From: Acidimicrobiia bacterium | Lineage (GTDB): Bacteria; Actinomycetota; Acidimicrobiia; Spongiisociales; UBA11373 | Assembly (NCBI GenBank): GCA_041572755.1 | Contig: JBFFRY010000009.1 | Coordinates: 8,221-72,220, forward strand | DNA: 64,000 bases | Reading direction: 5' to 3' | Shown: piece by piece, positions 36,074 to 45,407 of the stretch | How the letters are laid out: the number at the start of each line of letters is the position of its first letter | How positions within the stretch are numbered: position 1 is the stretch's first letter | Notes under the pieces: model-generated | What the model saw: only the letters and a program-made list of their open reading frames with translations | Database searches by the model: none | What the model was told of the DNA's origin: nothing | Program-made: the position numbers and the translations under genes

Positions 36074-36107
36074 GGTTGTAGCCTAACGAGGCCGGTATAT
36101 TCGGCCT
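36074..36107. promoter_or_regulatory. back-to-back leaderless promoters for selA and the NUDIX gene
   Basis: TAGGCT (- strand, 36080-36085) and TATATT (+ strand, 36096-36101), each 6 nt before a start codon; no SD. Confidence 0.6.
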
Positions 36108-36830
36108 GTGGCCGAGATCCCGGGCCCTCGCGTGCCGGCTCGCCCGGCCTCCACCGTCATCGTGCTCCGGCCCTCGTCGGACGGTTTCGAACTCCTGATG
36201 GTGCGTCGGGCGGAACGCGCTGAATTCATGGGCGACGCCTACGTCTTCCCGGGGGGATCGGTCGACGACATCGACCGCGATGACCTGGCGCTCCGGGCCG
36301 TTCACTGGACCGGTGACCCCGAGGAGGCCCCGTGGCGGGCGGCCGCGCTGCGGGAACTCGTTGAGGAAGCGGGCCTTTCGATCGGAGACGGTCCGCTCTC
36401 CGTCACCGGCCTGGGGGCGGAGGTCTATGAGGCCGTTATCGCCACCGACTCCAGGCTCGATGCCTCCCGTCTGGCGTATCTCTCGAATTGGGTGACGCCG
36501 GTGGGCCTGCCGAAGCGATTCGACACCCGCTTCTACGTCGCCATCGTCGAGGTCGGAACCGAGGCGGCGGCCGACGCCGTCGAGGTGTTCGATTCGGTGT
36601 GGGTCCGTCCGGCCGATGCATTGGCTCGGTCGGAAGAGTGGAAATTGCCGTTCCCCACGCGCCGACACCTCGAGTTCCTGACCGAGTTCGTTTCGCCGGA
36701 GTCGGTGATGGCTCACGCCGCGGACCTCGAGACCGTGCCGCGCATCGAGCCTCGCCTCTCGGTGGGGGACAATGGCACCATCAGGGTTCTGCTTCCCGGG
36801 GATTCCGGCTACGAGGCGGCGGTGCGATGA
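36108..36830 (+). CDS. NUDIX hydrolase (NUDT19-like)
   Basis: PASTVIVLR, YVFPGG, AALRELVEEAG, WVTP...RFDTRFY. Confidence 0.85.
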   Translation: MAEIPGPRVPARPASTVIVLRPSSDGFELLMVRRAERAEFMGDAYVFPGGSVDDIDRDDLALRAVHWTGDPEEAPWRAAALRELVEEAGLSIGDGPLSVTGLGAEVYEAVIATDSRLDASRLAYLSNWVTPVGLPKRFDTRFYVAIVEVGTEAAADAVEVFDSVWVRPADALARSEEWKLPFPTRRHLEFLTEFVSPESVMAHAADLETVPRIEPRLSVGDNGTIRVLLPGDSGYEAAVR

Positions 36831-37633
36831 AGATCCAGAGGGTTCTCGCCCCCAATCCCGGCATCTTCACCGGGACGGGAACCAACGCCTGGGTGGGATC
36901 GACCGCAGGGCAAGCGGTGATCGTCGATCCCGGTCCACTGATCGACTCGCATCGGAAGGCCATTCTCAGGGCCCTCGGCGATCTCGATCCCGTCGCCGTT
37001 CTCGTCACGCACTGCCATCCCGACCACGCTCCGGCCGCCAACGGACTCGCCGCCGAACTCGGGGTCCCCGCCCTCGGTGGCTGTCCCGGCCCGGGTTTCA
37101 AGCCCGATCGGCTTCTGGTCGATGGTGATCGAATCGAGGTGGGAGACACCGTGGTCGAAGCGATCCATACGCCGGGCCATACCCCGTTCCACTTCTGCTA
37201 CCGGGTCGACGCGTCGTTGTTCTCGGGGGATCACGTCCTGGGCGGCACCACCGTGATCGTGGAGCACATGTCGGACTACCTGGAGTCTCTCGAGAAGCTG
37301 CGGGGAACGGGGCTCAAGCAGCTGTTCCCCGGGCACGGACCGATCATGCGCAACCCGGACGAGGTGCTCACCGAGTACCTCGAGCATCGCCTCGAGCGTG
37401 AACGCCAGATCCTGGGTGCCCTGGCCGGGGGAGCGGCGACGATCGGGCAGGTGGTGGAGTTGGTCTATGCGGCGACGGACCCGGCGCTGTGGCCGCTGGC
37501 GGCACGTTCGGTGGGCGCCCACCTCCGCAAGCTGAAGGACGAGGGGCGGGTGGCCCTGCCCTTCGGGACGGATGATTGGGACGCGCCGATCGAAGTGGTG
37601 GCGGAGCCGCCGAAGGATCAGGGCTCCGAGTGA
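36827..37633 (+). CDS. MBL-fold metallohydrolase (LACTB2-like) with C-terminal winged helix
   Basis: NPGIFTGTGTN, THCHPDH, TPGHT, FSGDHVLG, PGHG; ATGA overlap. Confidence 0.88.
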   Translation: MKIQRVLAPNPGIFTGTGTNAWVGSTAGQAVIVDPGPLIDSHRKAILRALGDLDPVAVLVTHCHPDHAPAANGLAAELGVPALGGCPGPGFKPDRLLVDGDRIEVGDTVVEAIHTPGHTPFHFCYRVDASLFSGDHVLGGTTVIVEHMSDYLESLEKLRGTGLKQLFPGHGPIMRNPDEVLTEYLEHRLERERQILGALAGGAATIGQVVELVYAATDPALWPLAARSVGAHLRKLKDEGRVALPFGTDDWDAPIEVVAEPPKDQGSE

Positions 37634-38859
37634 TCCGCCGCCTCGCCGGACTCGTGATGCTGACCGTCCTCATCGGCGGCGCGGTCGGTCTCCCGGCATG
37701 GGCCGAGGTCTCGGAGTCCGATGTTGCCGAAGCTCGTGATGAGCTTCGGCAGCTCACCACCCGGCTCTCCGAGGAAGTGACTCGCTACGAGCTGGCGGTC
37801 GTCGAGGAGCTCGAACTTCGGGATCGCCTCGACGAGTTGGTCGTGGACTTGGTCGGGCGCGAACAGGATTTGCTGCTGGCACAGCGGGCGGCCCTGGAGC
37901 GGGTGGCCGATATGTACATGTCGGCCGGGGCGGTGTCCTCGGGTGCCCTGGCGCTCGGTGAGATGGTCGAGATGCCGGCCCGCTTCGCCTACCTGGACTC
38001 GGTTGCCCAGACGGATCGCGCCGTCGTCATCCGGCTCGATGCCGCCCGGCGTGACTACCGGCAGCTCCAGGACCTGCTCGAAGAGGCCTTGACCCGCCAG
38101 GCGCTGCTGCGGGGCGACATGGAAGCGACCCTCGACGAGATCTACGCCGAACTCGAGGCCGCCAATGCCGAATATCAGGCGATCAAAGCCGAGTGGGAGG
38201 CACAGGAAGCAGAGCGCATCCGCCTGGAGGAGGAGCAACGGCAACTCGAGCTCTTCCTGTCGACGTCGACGACGTCGACGACGACCACCGTGCCACCGAC
38301 GACGAATCCCCCGACGACGACCACGGCGGCACCCGGTGAGACCACCACGACGGCACCGGGAGAACCCCCATCGATCACCGGCACGACCACCACTCTGGCC
38401 GACGGGGACACGACGACGACCACCCAGCCACCCCCTCCCACGACCGTGCCGCCCGCCGATCCCGGTGTCAGGGTCTGCCCGGTCGACGGTGCAACGACGT
38501 TTCGGGATTCCTGGGGTGAGCCGCGGCCCGGCGGCCGGGGTCACGCCGGGACCGACCTGATGGCGGCCCCGGGAACGCCGCTCGTCGCCATCGAGTCGGG
38601 GGTGATCTGGTACATGTCGTGGCATTACGCAGGGGGCAACGGCCTCTACATCGACGGTGAATCAGGTGACCGCTGGTACTACGCCCATCTCCAGGACTAC
38701 GCACCCGGTATGGCCACGGGTGTGAGGGTGTCGGCCGGCCAGTTGGTGGGCTACGTGGGGAGCACCGGCAACGCAAGCACCCCCCACCTCCACTTGGGCT
38801 ACCTCCCCGGCGCCGTCTCCTACGACAATCCCTACCCCATCGTCGCCGCCCTCTGCTGA
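37630..38859 (+). CDS. secreted coiled-coil M23 peptidase (paralog 1)
   Basis: Signal peptide, coiled coil, Thr/Pro linker, HAGTD and HLH zinc motifs; GTGA overlap. Confidence 0.9.
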   Translation: MIRRLAGLVMLTVLIGGAVGLPAWAEVSESDVAEARDELRQLTTRLSEEVTRYELAVVEELELRDRLDELVVDLVGREQDLLLAQRAALERVADMYMSAGAVSSGALALGEMVEMPARFAYLDSVAQTDRAVVIRLDAARRDYRQLQDLLEEALTRQALLRGDMEATLDEIYAELEAANAEYQAIKAEWEAQEAERIRLEEEQRQLELFLSTSTTSTTTTVPPTTNPPTTTTAAPGETTTTAPGEPPSITGTTTTLADGDTTTTTQPPPPTTVPPADPGVRVCPVDGATTFRDSWGEPRPGGRGHAGTDLMAAPGTPLVAIESGVIWYMSWHYAGGNGLYIDGESGDRWYYAHLQDYAPGMATGVRVSAGQLVGYVGSTGNASTPHLHLGYLPGAVSYDNPYPIVAALC

Positions 38860-38925
38860 ACGGCGGCCACGCGGGGTGGCCGTTTACCGTCACCCTTCGT
38901 AGACTTGGCGAACCGAGGGATTCAA

Positions 38926-40002
38926 GTGCGCAAGATCACGACGTTGCTATTGGCTGTCACCCTGGCGATCCCGGCGACGGCAACGGCCGAGGTGACCCAG
39001 GAGGAGCTCGCGGAGGCGAATGAGAAGATCCGTGAGGTTTCGGCGCGTCTCGACGGCCAGATGGAAGCCCTCGACTCCATCGTCTGGCAGCGGCACTTCA
39101 ACGAGGAGCGCATCGCCGCCCTGGAACGCCTGATCGCCGACACCGACCGTCAGCTCGTCCTCGCCGAGTTCGTCGCCAGGGAACGGGCGCTGATCATGTA
39201 CATCACTGCGGGGACCGCCGGAGGCGAGTCGGTCATGAGCGTCGAGGCGATTGCCGAGGAGGGTGCCCGGATTGCCTACCTGGATGCCCTTGCCGAGAAC
39301 GACTACGACGCCGTGACCGATCTCGAGTACCTGCAAGCGGATCGGGAGCGCCTTCAGGAGGAGATCGACCTGCTGGTCGCGGATCAGGAGATGAGCGCCG
39401 CCCAGTTGGAGGTCGCCGCCGGGGAGGTCCTCGCCGAACTGGAGATCGTCAACGAGGAATACCAGGTGCTCTTCGAGCAGTGGCAGATCGAGGAGGCTGA
39501 GCGGCGTCGCCGGGCTGAGGAGGAGCGTCGCGCTCGGGAGGCGGCCGCGGCGGCCGCCGCGGCGGCGGCCACCGGCTACACCAGCAGCGAAGGAATCCCC
39601 GCCCTGGGACGGTCGTGTCCTGTGGCCGGCCCCAACTCCTTTCGCGACTCCTGGGGGGAGCCCCGTCCCGGAGGCCGGTCCCACACGGGGGTCGACATCG
39701 TGGCGGCGATGGGCACCCCCCTCGTCGCCGTCGAGAGCGGTGTGGTTCGCCACCTCAACTTCCACTACGCCGGAGGGATCGGGATCTACCTCTACGGCGA
39801 CACCGGCGACATCTTCTATTACGCCCACCTTCAGGGCTACGGGCCGGGTATCGAGGATGGCCTGCGGGTCTGGCAGGGCCAGGTGATCGGGTACAACGGC
39901 GACACCGGCAACGCGGCAGTGCCGCACCTCCACCTGGGGTATCAGCCGGGTGGCGGCCGATTGACCAACCCGTATCAGTTGATGGTCAAACTCTGCCGCT
40001 GA
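38926..40002 (+). CDS. secreted coiled-coil M23 peptidase (paralog 2)
   Basis: Signal peptide, coiled coil, HTGVD and HLH motifs; start GTG 38926 or TTG 38905. Confidence 0.9.
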   Translation: MRKITTLLLAVTLAIPATATAEVTQEELAEANEKIREVSARLDGQMEALDSIVWQRHFNEERIAALERLIADTDRQLVLAEFVARERALIMYITAGTAGGESVMSVEAIAEEGARIAYLDALAENDYDAVTDLEYLQADRERLQEEIDLLVADQEMSAAQLEVAAGEVLAELEIVNEEYQVLFEQWQIEEAERRRRAEEERRAREAAAAAAAAAATGYTSSEGIPALGRSCPVAGPNSFRDSWGEPRPGGRSHTGVDIVAAMGTPLVAVESGVVRHLNFHYAGGIGIYLYGDTGDIFYYAHLQGYGPGIEDGLRVWQGQVIGYNGDTGNAAVPHLHLGYQPGGGRLTNPYQLMVKLCR

Positions 40003-41143
40003 CGGTCTCGTCGAGCTGATCGATGAGCAGCGCGATGCGTGCCGTGCATGTCTCGTCGGCGGCCGGAGGGACGAGTTCGATGATGCGTGTCGCAGCCGAG
40101 GCAATGGCCTGCGCCGAGGGTGCATCGGGATGGGAACGCACGACGGGGGTCCCCTCGTCCCCGGCGGCAACGACCTGGGGATCGAGGGGCACCTGACTCA
40201 GGAGAGGCACTCCCAGCTCGGCGGCGAGGGTCTGCCCACCGCCGGCGCCGAAGAGGTCGTAGTGGGTGCCGTCGGGGGCGGTGAATCCCGACATGTTCTC
40301 GATCACGCCGACGACCGGCATGTAGGAGCGGCGCGCCATGTCGGCGACCCGTGCGGCGACCTTCTGGGCGGTCCTCTGCGGTGTGGTCACCACGACCATC
40401 TCGGCCTGGGGGAGCAGTCGGGCGAGGGCCATCTGGATGTCACCGGTGCCGGGCGGCATGTCGAGGACCAGGTAGTCGAGTGTCTGATCCCAGGCGACAT
40501 CGCGAAGGAATTGCTCCAACGCCTTGGAGAGCATGAGCCCTCGCCACATGAGGGCCTGTTGCTCGTCCTCCACGAGGAGACCAGTCGAGATCACCTGGAT
40601 TCCCTGGGCCTCGGCCGGAACGATCTTGCGATCGTCGTCGGCGGCGAGGCGCCCCGACACCCCGAGCATCCGCGGCACCGAGAAGCCCCAGATGTCGGCA
40701 TCGAGGATCCCAACCCGATACCCGGCATCGGCGATGGCGAGAGCCAGGTTCACGCTCAGGGAGGACTTGCCGACGCCGCCCTTCCCGCTTCCCACGGCGA
40801 TCACCCGGGTGAGCGGATTGATCATGGTCGGCTCGGCGTTCTCCCGGGCTTTGAAGCGGGCGGTGGCCATCAGGTCGGATCGCTGCTGCTGAGTCATGGC
40901 GACGACGTCGACCGCGACCGTGTCGACCTCCGGGAGGGATCGCACCTTGCGAACGATGTCGCCTTCGATCTGATCCCGCATCGGACAGGCGGCGATGGTG
41001 AGTGCGATGCCGATCCGGGCGGCGCCGTCGGCGAACGACACGTCGCGAACCATGCCGAGTTCGACGATGTCGGCTCCCAGTTCCGGGTCGACCACCCCGC
41101 GCAGAGCGGCTTCGATGTGGCTGATCACGTCCTGTGGCATCAC
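39986..41143 (-). CDS. mrp: Mrp/ApbC Fe-S cluster carrier ATPase with N-terminal DUF59
   Basis: VVDPELGADIVELGMV, GSGKGGVGKS, DMPPGTGD, IENMS; GTG lies 6 nt after TACCGT. Confidence 0.92.
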   Translation of the reverse strand: MMPQDVISHIEAALRGVVDPELGADIVELGMVRDVSFADGAARIGIALTIAACPMRDQIEGDIVRKVRSLPEVDTVAVDVVAMTQQQRSDLMATARFKARENAEPTMINPLTRVIAVGSGKGGVGKSSLSVNLALAIADAGYRVGILDADIWGFSVPRMLGVSGRLAADDDRKIVPAEAQGIQVISTGLLVEDEQQALMWRGLMLSKALEQFLRDVAWDQTLDYLVLDMPPGTGDIQMALARLLPQAEMVVVTTPQRTAQKVAARVADMARRSYMPVVGVIENMSGFTAPDGTHYDLFGAGGGQTLAAELGVPLLSQVPLDPQVVAAGDEGTPVVRSHPDAPSAQAIASAATRIIELVPPAADETCTARIALLIDQLDETVSGRV

Positions 41144-41228
41144 CAGGTCACGGTAGTGAGCACTATGGACATAGGAGAAACTATGGCATGGCCTTTGGTA
41201 ACATCGCCGCTCGTCGACCCGGAGAGGT

Positions 41229-41588
41229 ATGCAGCAGATCTCAATCACTCCCCGTCGAGCCCAGCCCCGGGTGACGCTCACCGACGCCGCCGCGGGCAAG
41301 GTCGCCGAGCTGATCGAGCGCGAGGGCGACACCGCGCTGGTGTTGCGGGTTGGGGTGCGGCCGGGTGGTTGCTCCGGGTTCTCCTACGAGATGTTCTTCG
41401 ACACTCAGACGGACGGCTCGGACATCATCTCCGAGTTCGGCGACGTTCGGGTGGCGGTCGATCCCCAGAGCATGGAGATGCTCAATGGAGCTGAGATCGA
41501 CTATCGCGACGGTCTCCAGGGTGCCGGTTTCCACATCGAGAACCCCAACGTGACCCGCAGCTGCGGCTGCGGGAACTCCTTCAGCTGA
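41229..41588 (+). CDS. HesB/IscA/ErpA A-type Fe-S carrier
   Basis: GGCSG and SCGCGNSF motifs. Confidence 0.93.
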   Translation: MQQISITPRRAQPRVTLTDAAAGKVAELIEREGDTALVLRVGVRPGGCSGFSYEMFFDTQTDGSDIISEFGDVRVAVDPQSMEMLNGAEIDYRDGLQGAGFHIENPNVTRSCGCGNSFS

Positions 41589-41696
41589 TCCCGGTTCTTT
41601 CCCGGCCGAGCAGCATCGGCGCTTCTCCCGGCGTCGGCTCCAGGCCGGCGTCGGTGCTCCGGTAGCCTGGCGGTGGTCGTTTCCCCGGGAGGCAGG

Positions 41697-42092
41697 ATGC
41701 GTAAGAAGGTTCCCGACGTTCCCAGCGGCGTGTCACCGATCGGCCCCTACTCGGTTGCGGTGACCGCCGGCGATTTGATCTTCATCTCGGGTCAGGTCGC
41801 CTTGGATCCGGCGACGGATGCGCCGATCCGAGGCGACGTTCGAGCCCAAGCCGAGCGAGTGATGGAGAACATCGGTCTGGTGCTGGGTGACCTCGCGGTG
41901 GGGTTCGACGACATCGTGAAGACCACGATCTTCCTGGCCGACATCGCCGATTTCCCGCTGGTGAACGAGGTCTACGCCGGGTACTTCTCAGAGGCGCCGC
42001 CGGCCCGTTCCACGGTGCAGGTGGCCGGACTGCCGGGTGGGTTCCTCGTCGAGATCGAAGTCATCGCCGCCCGACCGGAGGAGGTCCTATGA
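41697..42092 (+). CDS. RidA/YjgF family enamine deaminase
   Basis: PIGPYS, ISGQ, VKTTIFL, PARSTV, VEIEVIA. Confidence 0.92.
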   Translation: MRKKVPDVPSGVSPIGPYSVAVTAGDLIFISGQVALDPATDAPIRGDVRAQAERVMENIGLVLGDLAVGFDDIVKTTIFLADIADFPLVNEVYAGYFSEAPPARSTVQVAGLPGGFLVEIEVIAARPEEVL

Positions 42093-43612
42093 ATCAGCAG
42101 CAGGTCTTCGCAGACCTGGGACTCGATGAGGTGAATCCGGGGGCCTTCGCCGGCGGGTGGATGGAGACGGCGGGTCCCGTGGTCGAGGTCGAGAATCCGA
42201 CGACTGCAGCCCCGTTGGCTTCGGTGGCCACGGCCTCGGAGGAGGATTACGAGAAGGTCGTCGAGGCCGCGCAGGCGACCTTCCGGGAGTGGCGGATGCT
42301 TCCGGCCCCGAAGCGCGGGGAGTACGTCCGTCGGATTGGGAACGCACTGCGGGACCACAAGGAGCCCCTGGGTGCTCTGGTGTCTCTCGAAATGGGCAAG
42401 ATCGCCGCCGAAGGTGAAGGCGAGGTCCAGGAGATGATCGACATCGCCGACTTCGCCGTGGGCCTGTCCCGGCAGCTCTACGGGCTCACGATGGCCTCGG
42501 AGCGGCCCCGCCACCGGATGTATGAGCAGTGGCACCCGCTGGGGACGATCGGGATCATCTCGGCCTTCAATTTCCCGGTGGCGGTGTGGTCGTGGAATGC
42601 GTTCATCGCCGCGGTGTGCGGCGACACGATGATCTGGAAGCCGTCGTCACAGACACCGCTGACGGCCATCGCCGTCACCCGCATCTGCGACGAGGTGATG
42701 GCCGGGTCCGGATTCGAAGGTGTCTTCAATCTGGTCGTCGGTCCGGGGCGGACCGTCGGGGAGGCGCTCATCAACGACCGTCGAGTCCCGCTGATCTCGG
42801 CGACCGGTTCCTGCAACATGGGAGAGAAGGTCGGTACGGCGGTCGCCAAGCGGCTGGGGAGATCACTGCTCGAACTGGGCGGCAACAACGCGGTGATCGT
42901 CACCGACGACGCCGATCTCGATATGGTCACGAGGGCGGTGCTCTTCGGTGCGGTCGGCACCGCCGGCCAGCGGTGTACGACGATTCGGAGGATGATCGTC
43001 GAGTCGGGAAACAAGGGCGACGCCGTCAAGCGACTCGTCGACGCGTACGGTCAGGTGCGGATCGGGGATCCCCTCGACCCGGATGTGCTGATGGGGCCGC
43101 TGGTGAACGAACAGGCGGTGCACACGATGATGACCGCCATCGACCTGGCGACCCAGCAAGGGGGCACTGTTCTCCACGGAGGCAGCCGGGTCGATGTTCC
43201 CGGTCTCGAGGGTCACTTCGTGGAGCCCACGATCATCGAGATCGATCGGGACGCACCCATCGTGCAGGAGGAGACCTTTGCCCCGATCCTCTACGTGATC
43301 GAAGCGAAGGACGTTCCCGACGCAATCCAGATCCAGAACGGTGTGAGGCAAGGCCTATCGTCGGCCATCTTCACCAACTCGCTGGCGGCGTCGGAGCTCT
43401 TCCTGTCGCACGAGGGATCCGATTGCGGTATCGCCAACGTCAACATTGGAACGTCGGGTGCCGAGATCGGCGGTGCTTTCGGCGGTGAGAAGGAGACCGG
43501 CGGTGGCCGCGAGGCGGGTTCGGACTCGTGGAAGGCCTACATGCGCCGGCAGACGAACACGATCAATTGGAGCAGCGATCTCCCGCTGGCTCAAGGAATC
43601 GAATTCGGGTAG
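42089..43612 (+). CDS. ALDH7-family aldehyde dehydrogenase (P6C/aminoadipate-semialdehyde type)
   Basis: ISAFNFPVAV, LELGGNNA, GQRCTT, EETFAP, GAEIGGAFGGEK. Confidence 0.9.
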   Translation: MNQQQVFADLGLDEVNPGAFAGGWMETAGPVVEVENPTTAAPLASVATASEEDYEKVVEAAQATFREWRMLPAPKRGEYVRRIGNALRDHKEPLGALVSLEMGKIAAEGEGEVQEMIDIADFAVGLSRQLYGLTMASERPRHRMYEQWHPLGTIGIISAFNFPVAVWSWNAFIAAVCGDTMIWKPSSQTPLTAIAVTRICDEVMAGSGFEGVFNLVVGPGRTVGEALINDRRVPLISATGSCNMGEKVGTAVAKRLGRSLLELGGNNAVIVTDDADLDMVTRAVLFGAVGTAGQRCTTIRRMIVESGNKGDAVKRLVDAYGQVRIGDPLDPDVLMGPLVNEQAVHTMMTAIDLATQQGGTVLHGGSRVDVPGLEGHFVEPTIIEIDRDAPIVQEETFAPILYVIEAKDVPDAIQIQNGVRQGLSSAIFTNSLAASELFLSHEGSDCGIANVNIGTSGAEIGGAFGGEKETGGGREAGSDSWKAYMRRQTNTINWSSDLPLAQGIEFG

Positions 43613-43628
43613 TCCGGAGGACGGTTCG

Positions 43629-44690
43629 ATGCCGAGATTGTTGGTGCTCACCACGGTGCACCAAGCCGACGACACGCGGATCCGTGAGCGAACGATTGCG
43701 TCGCTGGCGGAGGATTTCGAGGTCGTCTACGCCACCAAGCCGCCCGCTCCTTCGCGGGGCGACGATCTCGAATGGATCGGCTTGCGGGGTGGCCGGGTGA
43801 ACCGCTGGTTCCGGGCCCTGCGGCTCCTGATGTCGCGCCGCTTCGACGTCGCCTCGGTGCACGATCCCGAACTGATCCCGGCGGCACTCCTCGCCCGATG
43901 GTTCCGTCGCCGTCGGATCGTGTTCGACGTTCACGAGCACGTGCCGGCGCAGATCCGACACAAGGACTGGGTGGCCCGGCCGCTGCGCCGCCCCCTTGCC
44001 CGGCTGGCGCATTGGTTCATGCGGTTGGCGGAGCGGTCGCTGACCCTGACGCTCGCCGAGGACGGCTACCACGTGCTCTTCCGAAAGCGTCATCCGGTCT
44101 TTCCCAACTACCCGCGGCGCGGCGCGCTCCCGGAGCCGATCGACTCGGATGGCTACCTCGTGTACGTCGGCGATGTGACCGAGTACCGCGGGGCCACCCT
44201 GATGGTGGAGGCCGCCGGCTTGATGAAGCATCGGCGCCCGTTGCGAGTGGTGGGCCGCACCACCGACGAGATGGTCGCCCGGCTCCGAACACTGGCCGAT
44301 CGGACCGGGGTGGAGCTTTACCTGCTCGGGCCGCGGCCCCATCCGGAGGCCATGGGCATCGCCGCCGGCGGCGTCGCCGGCCTGGGGCTGATGGCCGATG
44401 TGCCCAACAACCGCTGGTCGCAGCCGACCAAGCTGTTCGAATACCTCGGCGTGGGGATTCCGCTGGTGGCGTCACGACTGCCGGGCATCGAGCAGGCGGT
44501 CGGCGACCTCGAGGCCGTGACGCTGGTCCCCACGGGCGATGCCACCGCAGTTGCCGAGGCCCTCGACGCCATCGTGGACGATCCACTCATGCGAGAGGCC
44601 GCCCGCCGGCAGTCGGCGGCGCTCAGAGGGACTCTGATATGGCCGGACGAGGCGATTCGCCGGGTCTATGCGGAGGCGGCCGGGGTCTAG
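43629..44690 (+). CDS. GT4-family glycosyltransferase
   Basis: TVHQADDTRI, FDVHE, PTKLFEY..GIP motifs. Confidence 0.85.
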   Translation: MPRLLVLTTVHQADDTRIRERTIASLAEDFEVVYATKPPAPSRGDDLEWIGLRGGRVNRWFRALRLLMSRRFDVASVHDPELIPAALLARWFRRRRIVFDVHEHVPAQIRHKDWVARPLRRPLARLAHWFMRLAERSLTLTLAEDGYHVLFRKRHPVFPNYPRRGALPEPIDSDGYLVYVGDVTEYRGATLMVEAAGLMKHRRPLRVVGRTTDEMVARLRTLADRTGVELYLLGPRPHPEAMGIAAGGVAGLGLMADVPNNRWSQPTKLFEYLGVGIPLVASRLPGIEQAVGDLEAVTLVPTGDATAVAEALDAIVDDPLMREAARRQSAALRGTLIWPDEAIRRVYAEAAGV

Positions 44691-44791
44691 GGGCTCGAGT
44701 TGCCTTCGGTGTCGGGCGGTCTTCGATCCGCTCGTGCCTCTCAGCAGCCACCGCACCGCGGCGGCCCTCGGACCGGTTCCGGCGCCGCGCC

Positions 44792-45259
44792 CTACTTCGT
44801 GAGGTCGGGCAGCGCCATCTTGGTGCGGTGCTCGAAGATCAGTGAGGTCTCGATGTGGGCCACCTCGGGAAGGGTGGTGAACCCGCTCACCGCCAGGTCG
44901 CGCAGATGATCGGCATCACGCACCACGACGTGGACCAGGAAGTCGTTGGGCCCGGTGACGTGGAAGAGGCCGATCACCTCCGGCATCGACCCGGCATGGG
45001 CCCGGAAGGCATCGACCTCGGTCTCGGCGTGGCGGCGTAGGCGGATGGCGATCATCGCCTCGAGTCCGATGCCGAGAACCGCCGGATCGACATCGGCATG
45101 GAAACCCCGAAAGACACCGGCCCGCAGCAGCCGCCCGAGCCGCTCCGATAACGTCGACGGGGCGATCCCGACTCGGGCCGCGATCTGTCGATTCGAGCTC
45201 CGTGCATCGTCCATGAGAAGGCACACGATCTCGCGATCTGTTCGGTCGAGGCGCATCAT
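44792..45259 (-). CDS. Lrp/AsnC transcriptional regulator
   Basis: LDRTDREI..L..DAR HTH and C-terminal RAM domain (TGPNDFLVHV). Confidence 0.93.
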   Translation of the reverse strand: MMRLDRTDREIVCLLMDDARSSNRQIAARVGIAPSTLSERLGRLLRAGVFRGFHADVDPAVLGIGLEAMIAIRLRRHAETEVDAFRAHAGSMPEVIGLFHVTGPNDFLVHVVVRDADHLRDLAVSGFTTLPEVAHIETSLIFEHRTKMALPDLTK

Positions 45260-45407
45260 GATCGGTTCCTTCCGAACTTCCTTCGGTTGGTGATGCAGAG
45301 CCTAGGCGAAGTGCGGCAGAATTCCCTGAGAACCTGACGGATGGCCGGTCAAGAGATCCATCTGCCGATGAGACGTCGGTTCAGAGAACGCGAGGAAGGG
45401 AGCAGCC

